From Azolla caroliniana (lineage: Eukaryota > Plantae > Polypodiophyta): 64,000 bases of DNA. The position numbers and the translations under genes are program-made. Below, piece by piece: positions 51,708 through 62,650 of this stretch. A model generated the notes under the pieces. It did not search any database. It was not told the DNA's origin and saw nothing but the letters and a program-made list of their open reading frames with translations. The stretch is taken from assembly GCA_043228905.1 (NCBI GenBank), contig JBHGNT010000012.1, positions 18,600,001 to 18,664,000 of the forward strand. The letters are read 5' to 3'. Numbering within the stretch: position 1 is the stretch's first letter; the number at the start of each line of letters is the position of its first letter.

Positions 51708-54700
51708 TCAATCTATCAAAGGCCTTTCGGATGCGGATGTGACGGATGTGGTATCAAACCTATATGCTTTGGTGCTTTGTGTATTAGAAGAAAAGGTAGA
51801 GCTAAACCCGGACGTTTCCATCATATCATTAGATACGCCCATATTGACCACAATCCCACTTTGAGTGTTTCCTACCAGGGCATTCGGCATTGCATGCGTT
51901 CCGTCTTTATCGAGCTTTTCATAGAGAAAGCTCAACACTTGCCTAATGTTTGGCCTCATCTTGCTCTCCTTTTGGGTACACATCTTCAAAAGCTTGATTA
52001 AATTCCGCAACTCATCGGGATCATAATTGTCTTCAAGCTCCGGATCGACCATTAGCATCTTCTTTGCATCGGTCGCAAAATACGGTTGTGCCCAGGAGAC
52101 AAGGTTTCGGTTATCTTGCACTGCCCCTCTTCCCGTGATGAGCTCTAGAAGTAGCACACCATAGCTATATATATCGCTCTTCACATTGAGTTGTCTTGTG
52201 ATCACATACTCGGGATCGAGATAACCTAGAACACAAACCCCCATGTTTATATACGGGTTCATAAAAAAAGGCATCATTAGATGGTTCACACAAAATCGCA
52301 ACATTTCAATCTAGTGTTCGCAGTGTCCGAATGATTAAATTCGGCAAAAAAAAAGAGACAAAAACATGGGCTTTTGCAATAATTTCTCTTTGTTTTCTTA
52401 CCAGGAGTCCCTCGGACATCCGTGCTAATTTGTTCATTAGGAGCAGCCGGTGTGGTCATGGTTGGAGCGGCATGGGCAAGCCCGAAATCGGCAACCTAAA
52501 GGAGAAGAAGCAAATTTTAGGGTTTTGTTAGCAAATGATCATATAGATAGTGACTCTCTCTATCTATATCCACTTCAGAAAAATAATTCCTAGGGTTTTT
52601 GACTATACAAATAAATGCATGTTTTTTTTTTTATTTACTTGTATTGAAACAAACACAGGGAATTAATTGTCTTCAAAGTACCCCCACACACCTTGGCAAC
52701 AAAGTGTTGATCCAGGAGAATGTTGCTTGATTTGATGTCTCTGTGGCACAGGGGAGGATCACAGAAGAAATGCAGATATTCCTTTTTCCAAAGACAAACA
52801 AAGTACAAAACAAAACAAAATCCATGTTAAATCCATGTTCACAATTGTGGCCATTAGTTAGTTCAGATTCAAGGGTTTAGGGTTTAGGGTTTAGTAAAAA
52901 AAGAAAATTAAGTTCAGATTCAAGGGTTTAGAGTTTAGGGTTTAGTAAAATAAAATAAAAACATGAACAAAAAACCTTACCAATGCTGCAGCCACATCAA
53001 TCGCGACTTGGATCCTTGTCCGCCAATCGATCGGAGTTTTGCTATGTCCGGCTGCATGTCCAAGTTTCTAATTTATATATAAAATCAGGAAGAGCTCCAT
53101 GAAGTCATGTTAATGTGGATATATGTATGAGCTTTCATATACTCAAAGAGTTTTCCATCTTCTACATTTCTTCATACATACAGACACTTTTTTTTTTGTT
53201 TTGGATTGATTTGTATACAAATGGATGAATGAATAAACACATACATTGCAAGTGCTCCTTCAAGCTGCCATTCTCCATGTATTCATACACCAGAAACCTG
53301 GCACACAATTGGGATTTTTACAGACAGAGAATCATGAGAACCCCAAGTGGTGATTAGCAAAAAAAATAAAATTCTGCTCATTATGAAGTATACAAAGTTA
53401 ATCCTCAAAATTTCAACTAAAACCCTTAAATCCATAGATCCTTACACTAATCCCTCCATCCTTCACCCCTAAACCCTAAACCCTAAACTATTAATCCTGA
53501 ACCATAAGAAAAGGTTTTCTTCTTGTAAGTTAATAGGCTTAGCACCTCTCAGTCTTGGTGATGCAGAATCCTCAAAAATAATTCTGCTCATTATGAAGCA
53601 TACAAAGTTAATCCTCAAAATTTCAACTAAAACCCTTAAAACCATAGATCCTTAGACTAATCCCTCCATCCTTCACCCTAAAACTTAAACCATTAATCCT
53701 GAACCCATAATAAAAAGCTTTCTTCTTGTAGGTTAATAGGCTTAGCACCTCTCAGTCTTGGTGATGCAGAATCCTCAAAAAAGTTTCTGCTATTTATGAA
53801 GTATACAAAGTTAATCCTCAAATTTTCAACTAAAACCCTTAAAACCATAGATCCTTAGACTAATCCTTCCATCCTTCACCCCTAAACCCTAAACCCTAAA
53901 ACCTAAAACCTAAACCATTAATCCTGAACCCATAATAAAAAGCTTTCTTCTTGTAGGTTAATAGCCTTGGCACCTCTCAGTCTTGGTGATGCAGAATCCT
54001 CGCAACGTTACAAGATGCCGGTGATGGAGGCGACCGAGAAACTCCATCTCTTTGCAGAACTCCTTCTCTCTTTGCCTCGAAACCCTGTACATTCTCTTCA
54101 CAGCCGCGACAAGGCCATCCGCAAAGTGAGCTTTGTATACAGTTCCAAAGCCCCCCTTCCCTATGATAGTGCTGAAATTATCAGTAGATTTCTGGATCTC
54201 CGAGTAGCTGAATCGCCGGAATGTAGTCGAATCTGTGACAAAAAACAGAGCATCAATGACCCAATTCTTCGATTGGAACCAGAAATCCAGCACTATAAAC
54301 CCTAGCTTGATTCGAAAATGGTTATCCATATACCCTAGAACTATAAACCCTAGCTTGATTCGTAAATGGTCATCCATATACCCTAGAACTATAAACCCTA
54401 GCTTGATTCGAAACTGGTTATCCATATACCCTAGAACTATAAACCCTAGCTTGATTCGTAAATGGTTATCCACATACCCTAGCACTGTAAACCCTAACTT
54501 GATTCGAAAATGGTTATCCATATACCCTAGAATTATAAACCCTAGCTTGATTCGAAAATGGTTATCCATATACCCTAGAACTATAAACCCTAGCTTGATT
54601 CGAAAATGGTCATCCATATACCCTAGCACTATAAACCCTAGCTTGATTCGAAAATGGTCATCCATATACCCTAGCACTATAAACCCTATACCGCAAAAAA

Positions 54701-55380
54701 ATATCTGGTACTTAAACCTTAAGCTCCTAAAACCTTGTACTAAATCCAGAAGCTATACAATTAAACCCTAAATGCTACTCCATAAGACCTAAAACCTGAC
54801 CCTAAACCTTAATACATAATCCCTACAACATTACTATGCGAGACCTCAGATCCTAAAACTCCTGATTACTCAAAACTAATTCGCTAATCCCCAATGGCCC
54901 AGATTTATAGGGGAGAGACTGACCTCTGAGCCATTTCCTGAGTGGGTTCTTAGGGCTTTGAAGGACATCCTTGTGATTGATGTAACCATGAGGCGCTTCC
55001 ACATTCTTCGCCAATTGCTTCCTCTGCCTCCTGATGAGGAACACAAGCAATGAAACCAGGGTGAGGGCCGTGACAGTGACAAGGACACCCAGGACAGAGA
55101 TTAGGGTTAGGTGTGAAGATGCTGCACCATGGCCGCTTGCTCTGTTCCCTGCATAGCCAGAAGGATCGCCATTGCCGAGGGAGGAATTGTTGGAGGAATT
55201 GGGCAGATTGACAGTCATATTGGGGTGGTTTCTTGGGAGAGATCTAGGGTAAGGTGGGAGGGCTGGTAGAGTTATGGAAGGATCAGAGGGCAATGCAGGT
55301 ATGGTTATGGAAGGATTTGCAGGTAATGATGGCAATTGAACAGGGGAAGAAGCTCCCCCACTACTAGATTTTCTGTCCAT
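51708..55380 (-). CDS. Receptor-like Ser/Thr kinase, At1g49730/URK-1-like, ~513 aa, 7 coding exons
   Basis: Exons (minus) 55380-54924, 54232-53974, 53297-53245, 53051-52981, 52781-52692, 52495-52402, 52225-51708 (1542 nt, in frame). TM segment [29 protein letters not shown]. Intact kinase motifs: [50 protein letters not shown] (RD kinase), [20 protein letters not shown] and KSDIYSYGV. Confidence 0.92.
52861..52950. repeat. Duplicated intronic block with plant telomere-type (TTTAGGG)n units
   Basis: GTTCAGATTCAAGGGTTTAG(G/A)GTTTAGGGTTTAGTAAAA occurs twice in kinase intron 4. Confidence 0.85.
53371..54001. repeat. ~200-225-bp triple tandem repeat that includes the 3' end of kinase exon 2 and its donor site
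   Basis: GCACCTCTCAGTCTTGGTGATGCAGAATCCTC occurs at 53542-53573, 53745-53776 and 53970-54001. Each unit also carries (CCCTAAA)n-like tracts. Confidence 0.93.
54289..54688. repeat. 48-bp minisatellite, ~8.3 copies, in kinase intron 1
   Basis: Unit CTATAAACCCTAGCTTGATTCGAAAATGGTTATCCATATACCCTAGAA. It shows as a 16-aa periodicity in the ORFs on both strands. Confidence 0.96.
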
Positions 55381-55616
55381 ATCTTTCTCTCTGTCTCTCT
55401 CTCTCTCTTTCAATCTTTCTGTATATTTATATGTTCTTCTAGTATCCCTGTATAACCCCTACAGAATCCATAGCTGAATCAAAACAAAAAGAGGAAAAGC
55501 TCAATAGGGTCTGCAGGGTACCAATAGAAGCTCTCTGTTTACCATACTTTGATCTGTTTGCAGAGTGCTCTGTTATCATTGGAAATGAAGAAGCAAATAT
55601 GATTAACATTAGAATC

Positions 55617-55649
<33 letters not shown>

Positions 55650-55819
55650 CAGATTAGTCTGTTTTAGAATGTATGTGTGGTTTTTGTGTGGCCTTGAGCT
55701 GAAGTCATAAATATAGATGTAAATTCATGATCAGAGGAAGATGAGTACAATACAAAATACAAAATACAAATACAAAGAGAGAGAGCCTTCTTTTGCTGCT
55801 TCTGTAAGCTTCTTCATGA

Positions 55820-56150
55820 AGAAAATGTATGTATGTATGTATGTATGCATGCATGCATGCATGGATGTATGTATACAAAACACATACATATATACATTCA
55901 ATCTCTATGTATGCATGCATGCATGCATGTATACAGAATACATACATATATACATAAATCATAATACATATATACATTCTATCTCTATGTATGTATGTAT
56001 GTATGTGATGTATGTAATGTATACATACATACATACATATGTATATACATTCTATCTCTATGTCTCTATGCATGTATGTATGTATGTATGTATGTATGTA
56101 TCATTGTATGTATGTATGTATGTATGTATGTACATATGTATGTATATAAA
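55820..56150. repeat. Compound (TATG)n/(CATG)n/(TACA)n microsatellite
   Basis: Directly visible low-complexity tetranucleotide repeats upstream of the kinase. Confidence 0.88.
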
Positions 56151-57586
56151 TCAAAGAAATTTGCTTCTCTGATTATGTCCTGCTTCCATCCTCTCTTTTC
56201 TTTTCAATTTCTCTCTCTCTTTTGTGAGTTTGGTGTTTGCTTCTCTGGTGCCACCCTGCCATGGCCACCTCACTCACTCTCTTGTCTTTCTGTCTCTGTC
56301 TCTCTGTCTCTGTCTCTGTCTCTCTCTTGGGTAGGGTGGGGTGGGGTGGGGTGGGGCATTTAAACTCTTAGGTTTCCTTGTCCTTTTTGGTTTTGTTTTG
56401 AGTAACAAAAAGCTTCCTCCTCTCTTGAGTCTTTACCATATTTTGCCCATCCAACCCCCCAATCACTCACTATAAAGTTATGTTCCTTATGGTCTTTGTT
56501 TTCATAGCAAGTTATACACTCCTTGGAACCTTTGTTTTCATATAGCACAGTGATATGTTCATTCTGGCCTTTGGTTTTATAGCTTGCGCGTGTGCTCGGG
56601 GGACTTTTGATGCCCCCAGGATCGTCCAAAAGCTCGAGAAAAAGAAGAAGAGCAAACACGTGTGTCCGTGCGTGCTTGCTTGCCTTTGGGGAGGGCCCCA
56701 TGTCACACTATAAAATCCAGAACGAACGGATATTTATTTATATTTGGCACCTTTGCTTATTCGAGTCGTGAAAAATTTCACAAACCAAACACTAAAAAAA
56801 GTAAAGGTTAAAAAAAAAACGTGGCATTCATGTTTTTTTTTCACCTCTCTCTATCCCGAGCCCCCCCCCCCCCCCATGATACACACCTAGATGAGGGAAT
56901 CTCAACCCGAGCCCGGAAATGTTTCCAAATGTTGATCTCATCTTTCTTATCAGTTTAGGGGGGGGCAATCTGTCTCATTGTTCTCCCCAATTGTATATGG
57001 TCTTGGCTTCAATTGAGCTCTTTGCCTCTTTCCATGGTCTTATGTTTAGGTTGCTAATTGGCTTCTCAAGTATACCATGGTTTCGCTTTGATAAGGTTAT
57101 GGTGACGCAGGACTGAAGATGCAAATTAAAGTCGATGATCCTATGTTTTTCCAATGGATGTTGGAGCACCTTACCTTTCTTTCGGAAATGGTTTATTTGG
57201 TCCTCTCGAGTGCCATGCGAGAAAACCCCCTTGTTATTATGTAGGACAAATAGTGAAATTGTCGCGAAACGGTTGGAGACTCCCAGAGTTAAAGAGTATG
57301 AGTCCAACAGTGCTATAAATTTTCCATTTGTGTGGATTTGAAAAAGTGCACCCTGGGGAGTAGTAGAATCTTAGGGCATATACCAATTTGTTCAAAAGGT
57401 TAATAATAATAGTTATAACTAAATTTGGATTAGTGGGTGTATAATTAGTACATAATCCGATTGTATTCTTTGTCAGCCCATGGGAGCTCATACAATTATC
57501 TAAATTGGACTGCTTTGGAATAGATCCTCGCTTTACTTGACCATGCTTGACATTGACTATAATTGACCCTCAATTGCTTCACACAG

Positions 57587-57715
57587 AGTGAAGTCAAGCA
57601 TTTTTGTCTTAATTTCAATGTATTACATTGAGTGAAGTCAAGCATTTTGTCTTAATTTCAATATATATGTTACATTGAGTGAAGTCAAGCGTTTTATATT
57701 GTATTTGTTTCAATG
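57587..57715. repeat. ~45-bp tandem repeat, 3 copies
   Basis: GAGTGAAGTCAAGC(A/G)TTTT recurs three times (~57587, 57629 and 57677). Confidence 0.85.
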
Positions 57716-58120
57716 TATTTGTTTATGAGGCCTTAAATTTTCCAACACAAATTAGACTGCATTTTCCGAGAGGGGAATTTACTCCCGGCTCATTTTAAAC
57801 ACTTAATTTAGTGGCCCTTTTTTTCCATTTTTATTTACTAATTTGTTTTCGTTTTTCTTTAACAATCTATTTATTATGTATTTAAAAGGAAAAACAAATT
57901 CGATTTGTTTTTAAAAAAGAAAATCAAGGAAATTAAAAAAAAAATCCGGATTCCCAAGTCCAAAACTCCGGAAAAGCAGATTCCGTACCACACGCTTTCT
58001 GCCAGCTCAGCCGGAGCTGCGTCCCTACGTGGCCACGCACGTGCTGACGTGGACCTCCTAGGACCACTCCTTCCTGATGATGCTCATTCCCAATGATATA
58101 TTCACCATATTTCATATACA

Positions 58121-58408
<288 letters not shown>

Positions 58409-58791
58409 ATGATGATGCAATAGATCCTCCTCCTCATTTCTCATGTTGAGAGGTGTTTGGTCACATGTACATACCCACCATACAGACACCATACACCATA
58501 CATACATACACGTGTAAGTGCTCATCCACCATACGTACATACCCACCATACATACATACATGTGTAATTGCTCATCCACCATACATACTGATACATACCT
58601 AGGGCTCGCTTCCTACATATAGCTCATCGACAAAAGAAAAGAAAATTGATTGCTCGCCTTATCCATACGTGTATTGTGTCTTTGGAATTGCCTGCCTTTT
58701 CCAAAGTCGATTAGTAGTAGATTTTGCCGAGCAACATGCTTCGGACACAAATCCAATCGAGAGGAGACAAGAAGACAAAGGATAGCTCCTC

Positions 58792-58825
<34 letters not shown>

Positions 58826-61800
58826 CCCTCGATAAGGTTGGAGCTCGTATGGGTTTCCCATGCCTAGGTTCTTCTTGCTTTCAAAAAGCCTCCAAGTCTA
58901 AGAGACGTCCCTTTTCAGAATAGAACTTTTTTTTTCGGGATTTGACAACAATTTACATACCCATTTTATCACTTTGCATGATTGCCCTTTAGGTGGTGCA
59001 TCTTTCCCCGTCAAAAGAAAAGGTTATTTGATTTGGAAGGCTTTTCGAATAACGTGGTGGGGGGGATACAAAGCTTCGAATGAGAGCAATTGAGGGAAAA
59101 AGGTACAAATCATTACACGAAGAGGGACTGAAAAAAGACATTACATGGTAGAGGAGGATAAACATTGATAAATAATGCATTATAATTCGAACAAGAAAGA
59201 AAATAAAGCATTTCCTCCTAATGGCATTGTTGTTTGGTTATGCCTTAAGGCAGGGAAATATTGCTTCCAACACGAACGAATGCATCACTTGAAACATGAG
59301 AGTTTTGATTACATAAGCATATCACATCTAATTCCAGGTTCTCATAATAACTCTCACATGTGGAAGTCATCACTTTTTAATCATTTTCTACATGCATCGA
59401 GAGTTAGCTGCCATGACCACGATTTCTCACATACCCATGTGACATGGCACGACAAGACGTGGTATCTTCTCAAAATTTCTTTCTCATCTCAATTTCATTG
59501 ATAGATGGGTGTTGTTTCTTTCAAATAGAAGAAAGGTGTTCTCAATCTAAATGTGCTCCCCTAAGAACAAGACATCATGGTTGGGGACAGAAATAATTAA
59601 TTTTCATAAAGTGTCATTTTGATACTTTTCACTATCAAATCACGAGAAATGATTATTGACGGCATGTTTGGGACTATGGTAAACTCAAGCGGGGTTTTGC
59701 ATATCATGGTACACTTAAAATGACATTTTTACATCTTTTGCACATATGAGTACACGATGGCTCATGGTACATATGCCAATCCTACATGATGAAGACTAGA
59801 GGGTTTCGAACTATGAACAATAGACATGTGCACAACGTTAGGGTGGACAATAACAAGCCGATGCTCATCCATATGGAATAGACTAACTGACACATCAAAC
59901 AAATCAATCTTACAAAGCACCACAACAATCATTCCTCGAGGATCAAACTAATGTCAATATGGTGATTGTCTACTACATTGGATTGTACTTGTGTGGAGAA
60001 TACCAAGTTAGCCATAGCAAACAAATCATCAAGAGTATTATTGCCCAAAGAGGTCAAATATGAACCTACAAGAAAAAAGGAGTGTGCATCAAATATGAAA
60101 ACAAATTGTAGTTGTTGTTCACATGAGTAGATGGTGACAATACATTAGGGCTCATGCTTATGAACTTGTTTATTATTGATAAATTTGTAGTTGTCAACAT
60201 TGAATCCATGAACATGCATAAATAAAGATATTGTGAACCGTGAGTTTGAGCTTGCCTTGGGCCTTGCAAAAAAGTTAAGCGGTTAGGTTTCCCAAGTTTC
60301 ACTTTTGGTTTGTTCGAATTGATAATCATGATGTAAGCAACAAATTTCAAAATTGCTTGCAAATTAGTGCATTACCCTGACATTTTTTAATGTTTAGTTT
60401 GATGTTCGAAACTTTTATAATAGTCCTATTCATTTGTGCACATATGATGTTTAAGCTCCAAAGTGAGCTTAACTAAAACTTTGTCATGCCCTCCTTATGT
60501 TCATCTTAACTTCATACTAGACACATTCATTGAGATTGCATCGAGCAAATTACAATGGAGTATTTGATAGTCCAAGCTAAAATTAATCACCCATGTTTCC
60601 GTGACGTTTTAAAAGAGTTATGATGCCCTCCATCTGAATGATAGGCAATTGTGGCAAAGGACATATGATAAACTCCCTCAGAATGTTAATAAATGGCATA
60701 GAAATTAGAAGTTTCTTATTTTCCATGAAAATCTTCAATTAATAAGCACATCATCATATGCTTTTTGTCAGAAATTGGCATCTTGAAAGGATCTAACAAA
60801 AAACGATAATGAGCTACATCGATTTTAAATAAGATAACTTCCATGTTAAAACACTTGATTTTCGTGAAGATTTAACAAAGGAAAGAAATTACAAGTCCCA
60901 TGCTAAACCAAAAACAATGGATAACATGATGATTAGCACTAGAAATTCATGGGTTACTCTCGAGAGATTCATCTTGGAAAGTGATAATAAAATGTCAATA
61001 ATATAGATTATCTGTCAAATTAGAATCAATACTATGTTGCCATAAATAGACAAGAAAGATTATGATATATTTCGAGAAATTTAACCATGCGTTTTAGCCG
61101 AAGATATATCTAAATTTTCGAGCGAAACCATCACAAGATGCATTGCGCTCAACACACGATTGTCGTGTAAATGTTATATTGCCTTGTATATATATTATTA
61201 AAAAACCCACATGTTTTGTCTGTATTACTATGATAAAAAGCTAGACTCACTCCTTTCCACAAAATGGAATATCATCGTTAGAACCTTTGGGAATATAGTT
61301 CTTTGATACATGTGCAAAGAGAAGGTGTAATTTCTATAATAATGCACACTTCTTTTTTGCATTGCAATACACGCATTAATATATCCAATGTTGTTTCGTG
61401 GCATTTGCATACTTATACATGCATTGTTTTTCACAATTTCCAATGGATTAATTATACACACATCATACCTCTATCTTACTCATTTATACCTTCAATTAAA
61501 ATCCGACGAAAGTTTCTTAGCTTTTCATACATACCATACGTGGAAGAAATATCATCACCATCTACCATGTCACACAGTGCTACTGAATAGATTTCACGCT
61601 CAACCGTACAAGCGTGTTATGTAAAGTCGATTTAACCCAAAGAGTAAGAGCACCATAATAGTAGTGCCAACCACATATAAATGAAGAAACATAAAGTATA
61701 TTGCTTAGGCAAGCGAACACATAAGATAATATTACTCACCCTCAGTTTCTCCTTAACTTTTTTCTGTGGCCATGTCTAGTAAATTGATGAGCTATAAATT

Positions 61801-62329
61801 GAGAATGCTCTTTCTATCACACACGTACAAATATATTTCATCCTGAAATTTTTTAGCAAGGTTATTTGATCAAAGTATACCTCCCTCTATTTTGAGTATG
61901 CTCTACCACATGTATAATTATGAGTAGTTTGTTTCTAGTGGTTTTCATATACCCATAATGTTGGGTGTTCAAATGTGAAATGTTTGTTAGTTGCTCTTCC
62001 AAGTATATTTCAATTGTGGAGTAACCATTCCTAGGATGCAAAGTCCATGTTATATCTAGATAATAAAATTGATATGTGGAAGCATGGTTGTTTAGAATAC
62101 CTACATTATGTCAATTCCCATCCAACTAGAGATAATCATATGGACTTCCCAATGATACTATGTTCCATATAATCGATCTAGGTTATCCCCTTGAACACCT
62201 TTCGCTTGTTTCAGTATATGAAAATTTGTTATACTTCCATGAGGTGAAAACAATACACAATCTATATATAATAATAATCCCATCAATACCAATTCGAGGA
62301 TATGATTATATTATAGGCATAACCTTACG

Positions 62330-62650
62330 AACCAAGGGTAGAATAGTTAGGAAACTAGTTATCCTAGGTTTTGGGCCAAACCTATATGGACCTATGACAC
62401 GTGGGAGCACGTAGTGGGTTGGGAGTCTTCAACGTTGAGCTATATAAAGGGGACTTGCTACCTCATTCATTATGACATTTTGAGATGTTGTTGAGACTCT
62501 ATTGGTGAGGCTAAACTCTGTTCTTTAGATCCATTATTCAACATCCAAGGTGTAACATACGGTACTATTTGGTGGTATGGGACTCCGATGGTATTTTATG
62601 TTCATCTCAAATCCTTTGCTTTGGGGCCGTCAGTGTGGTGCTTATCATTA
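62330..62650 (+). mobile_element. LTR-like fragment related to the remnant in the TMEM245 intron
   Basis: Shares ordered motifs with 31520-31770 and has a TATA-like GCTATATAAAGGG at ~62440. The boundaries are unclear. Confidence 0.5.

Noticed and set aside
54289-54688. Regular array that could be mistaken for CRISPR
   Set aside because: The 48-bp units are head-to-tail with no unique spacers, there are no cas genes, and it lies in a eukaryotic intron.
19039-55380. TPST, TMEM245, SAYSD1 and the kinase as a co-oriented secretory or peptide-signalling cluster
   Set aside because: Known sulfopeptide receptors are LRR-RLKs and this kinase has no LRRs. No peptide precursor is visible, the genes are unrelated and 4-7 kb apart, and four co-oriented genes can easily arise by chance.
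55705-56363. ORFs of 122-143 aa rich in MYVC
   Set aside because: They are products of the compound (TATG)n repeat.
56919-57491. Cluster of ORFs with faint LINE reverse-transcriptase-like words (GRTMRQ, IVAKRL)
   Set aside because: The candidate motifs lie on opposite strands and are too degenerate to call without a search.
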